A stretch of DNA of 64,000 nt from Bdellovibrionales bacterium (GCA_965218815.1 CBDCLX010000002.1:2457074-2521073), one strand, 5' to 3'. Shown: positions 21,376-30,942, counted from the first letter of the stretch. Notes: a model not told the origin generated them from the letters alone. Program-made: numbers and translations.

Positions 21376-21425
21376 TGAACCAATAACATTATTTGATTAT
21401 CCTGATGAAATCAAGATGGGGATGG

Positions 21426-21612
21426 TTAGCCCGCATTTCTCATAAACTTTCTACTGCGGCTGCCGAACTCCTCTCTACAAAAAGTTGAAAACTATCAAAA
21501 AATGAAGAATTTTATTCAACAACCATCATGGAACATGGGAATGACTGAAAATCCCACCAAAATTTCAGAAAAACAGGACTTCAATCAAAGTTTATGAGAA
21601 GTTCGGGTTAGG
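21426..21612. mobile_element. MITE-like palindromic element, full-length copy, inverted relative to the copy at 30761
   Basis: Termini are TTAGCCCGCATTTCTCATAAACTTT and AAAGTTTATGAGAAGTTCGGGTTAGG (inverted, about 21/25 match). The left subterminal CTACTGCGGCTGCCGAACTCCTCTCTACAAAAAG matches the right arm of the 30.8-kb copy. Confidence 0.8.
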
Positions 21613-21625
21613 CCCTCATGAGTCA

Positions 21626-22375
21626 TCACGTTTCAATATTGATAACAATGACTGTGATATTATCGTCTCCGCCATTTTCCTTGGCTGCCTCGACACAAAG
21701 TTCAACAGCTTTTTTGGCAGGATTTTTTTTACAGATCTTATAAATATCCTGATCCTCAACCAAACCGGAAAGCCCATCCGAGCAGAGCAGAAAGTTGTCC
21801 CCGGGGCTTATTTTTTTACGAATCACATCGCAACAGACACCTTTTTCAAAACCCACACTCCTTGTGATCACATTTTTGGCCGGAAAGTCCTCGATCTCAC
21901 TATCCTTCAGCAGGCCCGCCCGAATATGATCGTTCACAAGGGAATGGTCTTCAGTCATTTGCCACATATACTGATCGTTGAAAAAATAACATCTTGAGTC
22001 ACCCACATTGCCCATGAAAATTTCATCCCTGTGAATGTAAGCTGTAACCAGTGTGGTTCCCATGCCCTGTAGCAGGTGATTGTCTTCCAGACTGCGGTTA
22101 AAAATCCGGGAGGAAGCTTCAACGTAAGCCTCCTCCAGCATCACCCGAGGTGAAACAAAGTCATGTTCCCGATGGTGGGTCCTGAAAATATCCTTAACAG
22201 CAGCCACCGCCAGTTGGGAGGCCAGGTCCCCACCTCTGTGCCCCCCCATACCATCAGCAATAACAAACAGCCCCATATCCCTGTCTATAAGAAGACTGTC
22301 CTCGTTTTTACTTCTCTCAAGGCCAAGGTCCGTACGACCATAAGCAGAAAATTTCATGGTCATAAGTTTACGCAA
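21626..22375 (-). CDS. PP2C-family Ser/Thr protein phosphatase (Stp1-like)
   Basis: Motifs DGMGGHRGGDLAS, GDSRCYF, LLCSDGL and GGDDNITVIV. Confidence 0.9.
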   Translation of the reverse strand: MRKLMTMKFSAYGRTDLGLERSKNEDSLLIDRDMGLFVIADGMGGHRGGDLASQLAVAAVKDIFRTHHREHDFVSPRVMLEEAYVEASSRIFNRSLEDNHLLQGMGTTLVTAYIHRDEIFMGNVGDSRCYFFNDQYMWQMTEDHSLVNDHIRAGLLKDSEIEDFPAKNVITRSVGFEKGVCCDVIRKKISPGDNFLLCSDGLSGLVEDQDIYKICKKNPAKKAVELCVEAAKENGGDDNITVIVINIET

Positions 22376-22446
22376 ATTTTTGCTCCAGGCAAAGAATGTA
22401 TTTTATGATTCAATGATCTAAAAAATATCACCGATAAAACCTTATA

Positions 22447-23355
22447 ATGAAAGAACATAAAAAAACAGGTTTTTTCCTGGCCCTGTCTCTTTTTCTCCAT
22501 ATAAGTCTTGTTTTACTGTTACCTGTTTGGAAGTCAGACAGGGAAAAGTCCAAAAAACCATTAATGGAGGTGGAATGGGTGGAATTGATACCCATTCAGA
22601 CTGACAACAGGGAACGGATCCAGATTGTTGACCAGGAAAAAAAAACCAATGGGAAGGTCCCGGAGAAAAATTATCGACTCAGCCAATCCCATCAGGACAT
22701 TTTAAGGGAAACCAAAGCCAAAAAAAGAGGAGCTTTCAGGAACGTCAAAAACAGGCAGGAAGAGGCTTTGGAACCAAAGAGGATCAGAGTTGAAAAGCGG
22801 GGTCGGATATCTTTGGATGATCTCAAACCGGGATTTTTTGGACCCAAGGCCATAATGGGGAAACCTTCCCCCCAAACCGGCAGAACCAATAACTTTGAAG
22901 TCCCTCCCCTGAACCCTTCCAGGCCATTGAAAGCACAAAGTTCCACCTCCGGCATTGAAATCAGTCAGACTGATGACTATCTTAAAAGGCTGGCTTTGGG
23001 AGACCGGACTCTTCTCAAAACAAGGGAATTTGTTTATTATTCCTATTACAGTCGTATTAAAAAAAAGTTGGGACAGTCTTGGAAGCCAAGGCTTAAAATA
23101 AAAATCATGGGGGTTTTGGGGAAAGGACGAAAAATAGCCAGTATGAATGACAGGATTACTCGTCTTGTTATAACTCTGAACCGCTCTGGTGAATTGACAG
23201 GAGTCCAGGTAAAAAGTTCCTCAGGACTCAATGAACTGGATGATGCCGCTATAGAGGCTTTTTGGGAGGCCTCCCCCTTTCCCAATCCGCCCACGGGTCT
23301 GGTGAATGAACTTGGAGAGGTTAAAATAAACTGGGATTTTGTTTTGGAATCCTGA
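22447..23355 (+). CDS. TonB-like energy-transducer C-terminal-domain protein
   Basis: N-terminal TM anchor, charged/Pro-rich middle, and a C-terminal TonB_C-like region (GELTGVQVKSSSGLNELDDAAIEAFWEASPFPNPP). Confidence 0.6.
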   Translation: MKEHKKTGFFLALSLFLHISLVLLLPVWKSDREKSKKPLMEVEWVELIPIQTDNRERIQIVDQEKKTNGKVPEKNYRLSQSHQDILRETKAKKRGAFRNVKNRQEEALEPKRIRVEKRGRISLDDLKPGFFGPKAIMGKPSPQTGRTNNFEVPPLNPSRPLKAQSSTSGIEISQTDDYLKRLALGDRTLLKTREFVYYSYYSRIKKKLGQSWKPRLKIKIMGVLGKGRKIASMNDRITRLVITLNRSGELTGVQVKSSSGLNELDDAAIEAFWEASPFPNPPTGLVNELGEVKINWDFVLES

Positions 23356-23420
23356 CAACCAACCGGGAAACTCAAACAAGGATCAATACATACACAACAC
23401 ACACAGAATGAGGTCAGGTT

Positions 23421-26153
23421 ATGAGCAAAAAAGATAAAATTTCAAAAACTCAAAGGGATGCCATTTTTTCCAGAGCCCATTATCTGGCCACACAAATGAT
23501 CTATCAGGCCAATATCCGCAAAGATAAAAATAAAGGGGACCCCAAGGTGGGAGGTCATGCCTCTGCGAGCAGTTCGGCCCTCCATATCCTTGGATCTCTT
23601 CATCTCTTTGTCAGAAAGGGTTACGATTTTATCTGTAACAAACCCCACGCCTCCCCCACAGATCATGCTTTCCATTATCTTCTGGATTTGTTTTTCAAGC
23701 CTGACGGAACAAAACTCAGTGAACAGGAAAAAAATAAGGCCATGATGCGTTTAAGAGCCTTTGCCAATAAGGAGTACCCCCATGTCTTTCAGAGTTACCA
23801 CTCTGTCTTGGACCCCGATCATTACAATTTCCTGCCCTCGGGAACCGTGGGAATTCCACCGGTTCATGCAGGTTACCTGGCTCTGGCCTATCGCTTTGCG
23901 GGGAAACATGGTTACAAAGTCCCGGAAGCCCATTTTTGGTGTGTGATGGGGGATTCAGAGTTTCGTGAGGGGTCCCTTTTTGAAGCCACCCCTGATTTTG
24001 CGGAAAGGGAAATTGGTCACCTCACCTGGATTCTTGATTACAACCGTCAGAGTCTTGACGGTCACCGGATCACCAATCAAAAAATCATGGGTGGAACAGA
24101 CAGTGACCGTATTGAAAAGACCATGGCCGCCAACGGATGGGAGGTGATTCAGGCCCGTCATGGTCAGAAAAGACAAGCTCTTTTTGAGAAAAAAGGAGGA
24201 CGGGAATTTCAGAGGCTTTTGGAAAAAGAGCTCAGCGATTATGCTCTCCAGGCTCTTCTCCTTATCAAAGATCCAAAACAACTCAAAGATGAGATAATAA
24301 AAAAATATGTTCATCTCAAAGTTTTTTTAAAACAGGTTTCTGATGAATCTCTCCATGAATCCCTCAGGGATTTTGGCGGTCATGACGTGGATGTCCTTGT
24401 GAATGCCTTCAACCAATCCAAAAAAAACCGCAGACAACCCACCATTGTGATCGCCCATACCTTAAAAGGCTGGGGGCTCCAAATGGAGGCCCTTCAGGGA
24501 AACCACTCTTCATTACCCGGAAAAAAAGAGATGGAGGAACTTCAGAAAAAACAGAGCCTTGACGGGAAAACTCTGTTTGCAGGTTTTGATCCGACCAGTG
24601 TTGAGAGAAAATTTCTCAAAAAAAGAGGAGAAGAGATTGAAAGGGAAACACAGGAACAGTTTAAACTTAAAAAACAAAATCAGTTTTTTTTCAATGAACA
24701 GATCGCCAAAAACGGAGGCTTTCCAGACAGCCTTGATATCAATCTGAAACTGGCAAGCTACCCCCACACCCAATGGATGCTGGGCCAGTGCACTGCAAAA
24801 CTCACCCGTATTGCCAACACCAGGGGGGACATTCATCAAAAACCCTTGAGTGAAAAGGAAAAAAGATGGCTTGTGGCCGGTGAAATGCTCACCACCATGT
24901 CTCCTGACGTGGGAACAAGCACCAATTTAAACCCTTCAATGGATGGAAAAGTTTTCAGTGCACCTGTCACTGAAGATCTGGAGGATGAATATGGAGTGAA
25001 GGACTCCAAAGTACCGGATCTTATTCCCAATGAGGAAAACAGTGACCGCTTTGTTCGCTTTGAAATCACTGAGGCCAACACCATGTCCTGCATGGGTTCC
25101 TATGGTCGGATGCGTGATATTCTGGGAATTCCCATACTGCCCCTGATGACTGTTTATGATTTTTTCCTGAAAAGGGCTTTGGATCAGCTTTTTTATAATC
25201 TCTACTGGAGGTCCAGTTTTATTCTGGTGGGAACCCCATCAGGGGTGACCCTGTCCCCTGAAGGGGCCCAACACGGATGGAAGTCAGACATCCAGATACC
25301 CAATCAGATCATCTGGGAGCCTGCTTTCTGTCAGGAAATGGACTGGATTTTTTCAGAATCCATCAAACGGCATTTTACAAATGACAATAAAGGTCGCAGT
25401 GGAGTGATTATCCGTGGAGTGACCCGGGGAATTGATCAGAAATTACTGTTAAAGTTCCTGAAACGTCAGGTCCGCTATAAAGAAAATCAGATTTTAATGG
25501 CCCTCAGGGATTATCCCTTTAATGGGGCCACGGATGAATCCTCTGTTCCCAACCTTCCTGAAGCTGAAATCATGGAGGCTTTACGTCAGGATGTTCTTAA
25601 AGGAGCCTACTATCTCATTGATTACAGGGGTTATGCCGGTTATGACCCGGGAGATAATGTGGTTCATATCCTCTCACTGGGTTCCTTGATCACAGAAGCC
25701 GTGGAAGCTTCAGAAAAACTTTTGGAAAAAGGCATTTATGCCAATGTGATTGTTGTCACTTCCACAGACCTTCTTGTTGGAAACCTGGCACATGAAAACA
25801 ATCACTCTCACCTCAAAGAAGGTTTGAAAATAACCGGTGACCTGTTTTTGCAACCGGCACCCGACAAACAGAGCACAGCAGGGGAAATTGTCACCCTGGC
25901 GGGCCGAAGAGTTCCCTGTGTCAGTGTTCATGACGGGGAACCAGGGCTTCTGGATAATATTGGTTCCATTGTGGGGGTTCGCCATGAAGCTCTGGCTGTT
26001 CGCCAGCACTCCAAGTGCGGAAGACCGGTTGACATTTACCGTTATCAGGGGATTGATGCCAAAGCTGTCATGGATGGATGCCTAAAGGTTCTCACTGAAA
26101 CAGCCATGGAAAACATTAAACTCAGCCAAAAAACACTACAAAGAATAAGGTAG
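23421..26153 (+). CDS. pyruvate dehydrogenase E1 component-like protein (homodimeric AceE / transketolase superfamily)
   Basis: 910 aa. AceE-like blocks GGHASASSSALHI, MGDSEFREGSLFEA, ILDYNRQSLDG and IAHTLKGWG. No E2 or E3 gene is adjacent. Confidence 0.65.
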   Translation: MSKKDKISKTQRDAIFSRAHYLATQMIYQANIRKDKNKGDPKVGGHASASSSALHILGSLHLFVRKGYDFICNKPHASPTDHAFHYLLDLFFKPDGTKLSEQEKNKAMMRLRAFANKEYPHVFQSYHSVLDPDHYNFLPSGTVGIPPVHAGYLALAYRFAGKHGYKVPEAHFWCVMGDSEFREGSLFEATPDFAEREIGHLTWILDYNRQSLDGHRITNQKIMGGTDSDRIEKTMAANGWEVIQARHGQKRQALFEKKGGREFQRLLEKELSDYALQALLLIKDPKQLKDEIIKKYVHLKVFLKQVSDESLHESLRDFGGHDVDVLVNAFNQSKKNRRQPTIVIAHTLKGWGLQMEALQGNHSSLPGKKEMEELQKKQSLDGKTLFAGFDPTSVERKFLKKRGEEIERETQEQFKLKKQNQFFFNEQIAKNGGFPDSLDINLKLASYPHTQWMLGQCTAKLTRIANTRGDIHQKPLSEKEKRWLVAGEMLTTMSPDVGTSTNLNPSMDGKVFSAPVTEDLEDEYGVKDSKVPDLIPNEENSDRFVRFEITEANTMSCMGSYGRMRDILGIPILPLMTVYDFFLKRALDQLFYNLYWRSSFILVGTPSGVTLSPEGAQHGWKSDIQIPNQIIWEPAFCQEMDWIFSESIKRHFTNDNKGRSGVIIRGVTRGIDQKLLLKFLKRQVRYKENQILMALRDYPFNGATDESSVPNLPEAEIMEALRQDVLKGAYYLIDYRGYAGYDPGDNVVHILSLGSLITEAVEASEKLLEKGIYANVIVVTSTDLLVGNLAHENNHSHLKEGLKITGDLFLQPAPDKQSTAGEIVTLAGRRVPCVSVHDGEPGLLDNIGSIVGVRHEALAVRQHSKCGRPVDIYRYQGIDAKAVMDGCLKVLTETAMENIKLSQKTLQRIR

Positions 26154-26235
26154 GGTTCCCAGTCATTCAAAAAATAAGTCACATAAATCCAGAAGTGTCC
26201 AAAAATTTGTGTGACCATTTTGTCATGGATCCAAC

Positions 26236-27174
26236 TTACCTGGCACTTTCAATGGGATTTACCATATCGATCCCATCCCCACCTAAAGCTTTAAAATCGT
26301 CCATACAGCTTCCAGCAGATAAACCAAACTCCACCATTGTCTGCATCCTGTTATTAAAGTCAGCTTTGGAGGTATTGCGTTTGGCAAGAGCCTCATTGTA
26401 TGCGTTCAGTTTTCTCCGATCTTCACAGTCTTTAAGAATATCATCCTGAATCACTCCCGTCTGATCAGAAAAGGATTTCACCATATCATCAACGGATCTC
26501 ATTTCCGCCTTTGCCTTGTCCATGTTAATAGCCAGTTGCGTTTCAGCAACCTGCATGGCCCTGACATTGTCAGAAGCCTGATAACAGGCCTTGAAAAAAC
26601 GATGACGATGACTGTTGACTCTATTACCAAACCCATGAAGTTGGTCGGGACTGATGGCCCCCTTTGCCTGGATCATTTCCCTGTATTTTAGGAAATCCGC
26701 ATTGGCTTTACCCCGACACTCTCTATTGATCCGATTGATTTCCCTCTGATATCCGAGTTCAGCCTCACGCAATTTTACGGGGTAAAGATTTTGTTGCTTT
26801 TGTCGTTCCGCTTTTTTTGCCTGAAAAGAGACCCAGGTTTCCCGCAATTCCTGACGACAGTCTTTAAGAACCTCCATTCGGCTTTGAGAAGCATCCAGCA
26901 ATTCCCTGGATTTCTCTTTGTCATGCTCATAACTTCTGCCAAGACCTCCGGTAAAACTCTTGCCAAGATTCTCAAAACAGTTGGGTTGGGGTTCCATCTG
27001 CAGTTCTCGCTGCAGTTTTCGATCTGCATTTGCCTTATCTGTGAAATATTTTAGACATTGGTTTTTTTCTTCACCTTCCATACCTTTTCGGAAACACACT
27101 CCAGCTCCATGAGAACTCTCTGCTGCCCATGAACTCGCAGGAAACAAAACAAAAACAAACAATAAAAACTTCAT
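26236..27174 (-). CDS. secreted hypothetical protein, Cys-containing and coiled-coil-rich
   Basis: Signal peptide MKFLLFVFVLFPASSWA. A long charged helical sequence with no known motif. Confidence 0.55.
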   Translation of the reverse strand: MKFLLFVFVLFPASSWAAESSHGAGVCFRKGMEGEEKNQCLKYFTDKANADRKLQRELQMEPQPNCFENLGKSFTGGLGRSYEHDKEKSRELLDASQSRMEVLKDCRQELRETWVSFQAKKAERQKQQNLYPVKLREAELGYQREINRINRECRGKANADFLKYREMIQAKGAISPDQLHGFGNRVNSHRHRFFKACYQASDNVRAMQVAETQLAINMDKAKAEMRSVDDMVKSFSDQTGVIQDDILKDCEDRRKLNAYNEALAKRNTSKADFNNRMQTMVEFGLSAGSCMDDFKALGGDGIDMVNPIESAR

Positions 27175-27227
27175 TATTCACCCCCACTTTAAAAGGATTA
27201 GGTTTTTATAATGTCTCCATGGCTTTA

Positions 27228-27296
27228 TACACTCATCGTGTTTGAAATCTCACGGGTTCTCCTTTTTGAAAGACCCGAAAATTCAAACACGATATA
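27228..27296 (+). repeat. hairpin repeat family B, copy 1 (best-folding copy)
   Basis: ATCGTGTTTGAA...TTCAAACACGAT forms a perfect 12-bp outer stem. The inner stem is CGGGT(T)CT/AGACCCG. Homologous copies lie at 29509 and 54648. Confidence 0.75.
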
Positions 27297-27707
27297 TATG
27301 ACTAAAGTCCATAAACAAAGATCAATTCAGGATCATCCATTACACATTACGTTTAACAGACAAAACACACTCATTCTCTACTGATTTATTATACACCAGA
27401 CCAGTCAAAATAACAAAGACAACTTGTGTCTTTGTCTTAAAGTGAGACATTAAAAAACAGATGACCTTTCCTCTGATTTTTGTTATAGTGAATCTTGTTC
27501 TGTGGTGCGTTTGTTGAATAACAGAAATCCTATAGTTTAATTTTGGGGGCTGTCCCTGATGATGGTGAGCAGGCCCGGTTTTGACCCGGGAAGCCTAAAG
27601 TTGTTAACATGGCCACCCACCTGGTGAAATCGGGATTTCCTATTCTCCAAACACACACAGAACACTTTTTTCTTTATTTTCCTGAAAAGTTTTGTTTAAT
27701 TGTCTTT

Positions 27708-29285
27708 ATGTCAAAGACTATCATGTCAAAAACCACTGGCCAGGATTCCTGGGATCATCTGCTTACAGAGCTTCCCGGACCCTCAAAAAGCCCCCCATCC
27801 CCATTGGAAAACCCGCCTTTCCCCAAAAGGTCCCTCCAGTCAAAAACCAAAAAAAACACACAGGCTTCTTCTGAAAAAAAACCGGATGACAACCTCAGCT
27901 CTTCCGGCTCCCAATCAAAAAGTCAGACTTTTTTTGAAGATTCCAAAGAAACAGAAATGCCGGATCAACAGGTGTACAGTGTCTCTGAGATCAACCGGGT
28001 TATTAAAAAACAATTGGAAGGACAGCATCCTCGACTTTGGCTCAGAGGGGAAATTTCAAACTTCAAGGCCCACAGTTCAGGCCATCATTATTTCAGCCTC
28101 AAGGACAGCAAATCCCAAATCAATGGAGTGATGTTTAAATCCTACAATTCCCGACTGCGTTTTCAGCCGGAAAACGGAATGGAAGTGATTGTCTTTGGAA
28201 AGATCAGCGTCTATGAACCACGGGGGCAGTACCAGGTTTTTTGCGAAAGCATGGAACCAGTGGGGGCCGGAGCTTTGGCCCAGGCCTTTGAACAATTGAA
28301 AAAAAAGTTAAGTGCCCAAGGGTTTTTCGACAAAGACAAAAAACAGAACCTGCCCCTCCACCCCAGAGAAGTGGCCGTTATCACCTCCCCCACGGGGGCG
28401 GCCATTCAGGATATTCTCAACATTCTGACCCGTCGATCCAGAAGAGTCCAGGTGACAGTGATCCCCACACGGGTCCAGGGAGTGGAAGCCGCCAGGGAAA
28501 TTGTCAGAGCCATCGAACTGGCCAATCAGGTCAGACAGTTTGAAGTGATTATCCTGGGACGGGGGGGTGGTTCCATGGAAGACCTCTGGTGTTTTAACGA
28601 AGAGGAGGTGGCAAAGGCCATCTATCACTCCAGGCTTCCAGTCCTGTCAGCCATTGGTCATGAAATTGATTTCACCATTGCTGATTTTGTGGCCGACAGA
28701 AGGGCTCCCACCCCTTCTGCTGCCGCAGAACTGGTGGCCCAAAGTGAACAGGAACTCACTGAAAAACTGAAATTCCACAATCAATCCCTAAAACGGATTT
28801 GTTACCAACGCATTGCTGACTATAAAAAACAGATCAGACTTCTTGAGAAGGGACTTGTGAATCCTGAAAAGTTTTTACTGGACTGTTCCCTGAAACTGGA
28901 TGACTGGTCCCAGCGTCTTATACAGACGAGTCTGCGTTTTATTCAGAACCTCAGACTCAAAACCCAATTAAAACAACAGGCCCTTAAGGACCCCCTCTTT
29001 ATTATTCAAAAAAACAGGGACAGGGGAATGTCTCTCAAAAAGCATCTGCTGAGTGCCATGAAACAAAAAACAAGTCAGTTGAAAAATGATTTTCAAAAAC
29101 AAACCCATTTGCTTGACAGTCTGAATCCCCTGCGGGTTCTGGATCGGGGTTATGGAATTCTCAGAAGCGGGGGTCAGGTGATCCAATCAGTACAGGAGTT
29201 AAAAACCCAACAAATTGAAGTGGAATTAAAGGACGGGTTCATGGAGACCCGGGTTTTAAAAACAAGAAAAAAGGAGAAATCATGA
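27708..29285 (+). CDS. xseA: exodeoxyribonuclease VII large subunit
   Basis: VYSVSEINRVIKKQLE...LWLRGEISNFKAHSSGHHYFSLKD, typical of the XseA OB-fold, plus the long C-terminal coiled coil. The start is ambiguous: 27609, 27708, or later. Confidence 0.9.
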   Translation: MSKTIMSKTTGQDSWDHLLTELPGPSKSPPSPLENPPFPKRSLQSKTKKNTQASSEKKPDDNLSSSGSQSKSQTFFEDSKETEMPDQQVYSVSEINRVIKKQLEGQHPRLWLRGEISNFKAHSSGHHYFSLKDSKSQINGVMFKSYNSRLRFQPENGMEVIVFGKISVYEPRGQYQVFCESMEPVGAGALAQAFEQLKKKLSAQGFFDKDKKQNLPLHPREVAVITSPTGAAIQDILNILTRRSRRVQVTVIPTRVQGVEAAREIVRAIELANQVRQFEVIILGRGGGSMEDLWCFNEEEVAKAIYHSRLPVLSAIGHEIDFTIADFVADRRAPTPSAAAELVAQSEQELTEKLKFHNQSLKRICYQRIADYKKQIRLLEKGLVNPEKFLLDCSLKLDDWSQRLIQTSLRFIQNLRLKTQLKQQALKDPLFIIQKNRDRGMSLKKHLLSAMKQKTSQLKNDFQKQTHLLDSLNPLRVLDRGYGILRSGGQVIQSVQELKTQQIEVELKDGFMETRVLKTRKKEKS

Positions 29286-29506
29286 GTTTTGAAAAAAAGT
29301 TGTCCCGACTTGAGGAAATTGTTCAAAAAATGGAAAGCGGGGAAATGTCTCTGGATGAATCCCTGAAACTCTTTGAAGAGGGCATCAGACTCTCCCGCGA
29401 GTGCCATAGGGAACTCAGTGAAGCGGAACAAAAGGTAAAAAAACTTGTGGGTGTTGATGCCAATGGGGAACCGGTTGTTGAAGACTTTAACCCGCAAAAC
29501 CCATAA
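29282..29506 (+). CDS. xseB: exodeoxyribonuclease VII small subunit
   Basis: 74 aa. LEEIVQKMESGEMSLDESLKLFEEGIRLSRECHRELSEAEQKV. Overlaps the xseA stop. Confidence 0.9.
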   Translation: MSFEKKLSRLEEIVQKMESGEMSLDESLKLFEEGIRLSRECHRELSEAEQKVKKLVGVDANGEPVVEDFNPQNP

Positions 29507-29508
29507 AG

Positions 29509-29575
29509 ACACTGATCGTGTTTGAATTTCCACGGTTGTTCGCTCTTGAAACGCCTGAAAATCCAATATGAATCC
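29509..29575 (+). repeat. hairpin repeat family B, copy 2 (degenerate stem)
   Basis: ACACTGATCGTGTTTGAATTTCCACGGTTGTTCGCTCTTGAAACGCCTGAAAATCCAA aligns by eye at roughly three quarters identity with copy 1, in the same orientation. Confidence 0.7.
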
Positions 29576-29610
29576 TGTTTTAAAACACATGGGACTTTCC
29601 CCCGAATCCA

Positions 29611-30480
29611 ATGGATAAAAAAATGGATTTGGCAATGAACCAGTGGTTTGAAAATAAAAGATTGTTGTTTGAGGCTTTTGCCCGTCAGTATTTTTCCGGA
29701 AAAAGAGCCTCTGTTCAGGACGTGTCACTCCTGATGGATGCCATTGAATACTCCTTTTTCAGTGGTGGAAAAAGGTTTCGTCCCCTGCTCTGCCATGCCG
29801 TGGCCGAAGCTCTCAAACTTTCCCCTGAAAAAATCAATGCCTTTGCCCTGGCCGTTGAATGCATTCACACCTATTCCCTGATCCATGATGATCTTCCCTG
29901 TATGGATGATGATGAAGTAAGGCGTGGAAAGGCCACAACCCACAAAAAATTTTCTGAAAACCTGGCCCTTCTGGCCGGAGATTCCCTGCTCACGGAAAGT
30001 TTTGCCATTCTTGCCAGATTCTATCCTGATAAAGCCGGGGAGCTGACCCAACGGGCTGCCAACAGCAGTGGACTCAACGGTATGATTCGTGGTCAGGTCA
30101 TTGATCTTGGTCATGGAAGTCCCATCCGGTCACTGGATGATCTGATTAAACTCCACGCACTGAAAACCGGCTGTCTCATAGCTCTTTGTTTTGAGGGCCC
30201 CGCTGTTTTGGCCCGGTCCTTCCGTGAACTTTCCACTGCGGACATGAAATCCCTGAAAAAACTGGGGCTTGATTTGGGGCTGGCTTTTCAGATCAAGGAT
30301 GATCTTCTTGATTTTAAGGAGGATGAATCCTCTGGCTTTGTGTCCTGTCTTGGCATGGACCAAACCCTTGATTGTTTTCAATCCCTCAACCGGAAAATCA
30401 GAACTTCCCTGAAAACTCTGAACCTGGACAGCCAGACAATGAGGGCCCTGGTTGAATTCAACGAAAAACGCAGGGAGTGA
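29611..30480 (+). CDS. ispA: (2E,6E)-farnesyl diphosphate synthase / polyprenyl synthetase
   Basis: First and second Asp-rich motifs, LIHDDLPCMDDDEVRRG and FQIKDDLLD. Confidence 0.9.
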   Translation: MDKKMDLAMNQWFENKRLLFEAFARQYFSGKRASVQDVSLLMDAIEYSFFSGGKRFRPLLCHAVAEALKLSPEKINAFALAVECIHTYSLIHDDLPCMDDDEVRRGKATTHKKFSENLALLAGDSLLTESFAILARFYPDKAGELTQRAANSSGLNGMIRGQVIDLGHGSPIRSLDDLIKLHALKTGCLIALCFEGPAVLARSFRELSTADMKSLKKLGLDLGLAFQIKDDLLDFKEDESSGFVSCLGMDQTLDCFQSLNRKIRTSLKTLNLDSQTMRALVEFNEKRRE

Positions 30481-30760
30481 CCAGTCCGCTTTTGTAACTA
30501 CTTGCACACTCACTGAATTTCCTTCTGTCACTGTGGTGCAAACAGGATCGGGAATCTCACGCATACTGATGTCACACAGGGAACTTTATCAATTTGAAAC
30601 AAAGTCGTGATTTATAAAAAAATAGTTTCCTGCCCACTCTCTCTATGGAAACAGCTAATATCTTAATTTTATTAAGAAAATTTTAAGAAGCCGATCTTCC
30701 TGTTTCCTGAGAGTAAAAATCTTCTGGAGTTTTTAAAAGAAACCAGTCTATAATTATAAC

Positions 30761-30942
30761 TAACCCGAACTTCTCATAAAGTTTCGTAGCGAGGCTGTCG
30801 AAATGCCTTTACAAAAGGAGAAGCGGACCGAAGGTCATTGAAGACATAGTTGACACTAATGTCGAAACGGCTTCAGAGAAAATCCTTTTGTAGAAAGAAG
30901 TTCGGCAGCTGCAGTAGAAAGTTTATGAGAAGTTCGGGCTAA
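30761..30942. mobile_element. MITE-like palindromic element, full-length reference copy (182 bp)
   Basis: The left end is TAACCCGAACTTCTCATAAAGTTTCGTAGCGAGGCTGTCGAAATGCCTTTACAAAAGGA. The right end is TCCTTTTGTAGAAAGAAGTTCGGCAGCTGCAGTAGAAAGTTTATGAGAAGTTCGGGCTAA. The arms are imperfectly complementary over about 60 nt. Confidence 0.85.

Noticed and set aside
27480-27608. A GC-rich hairpin (GCCCGGTTTTGACCCGGG) and surrounding sequence upstream of xseA as a candidate ncRNA.
   Set aside because: It is a single short stem with no recognisable RNA family features. It may lie inside the xseA 5' region if the 27609 start is real.
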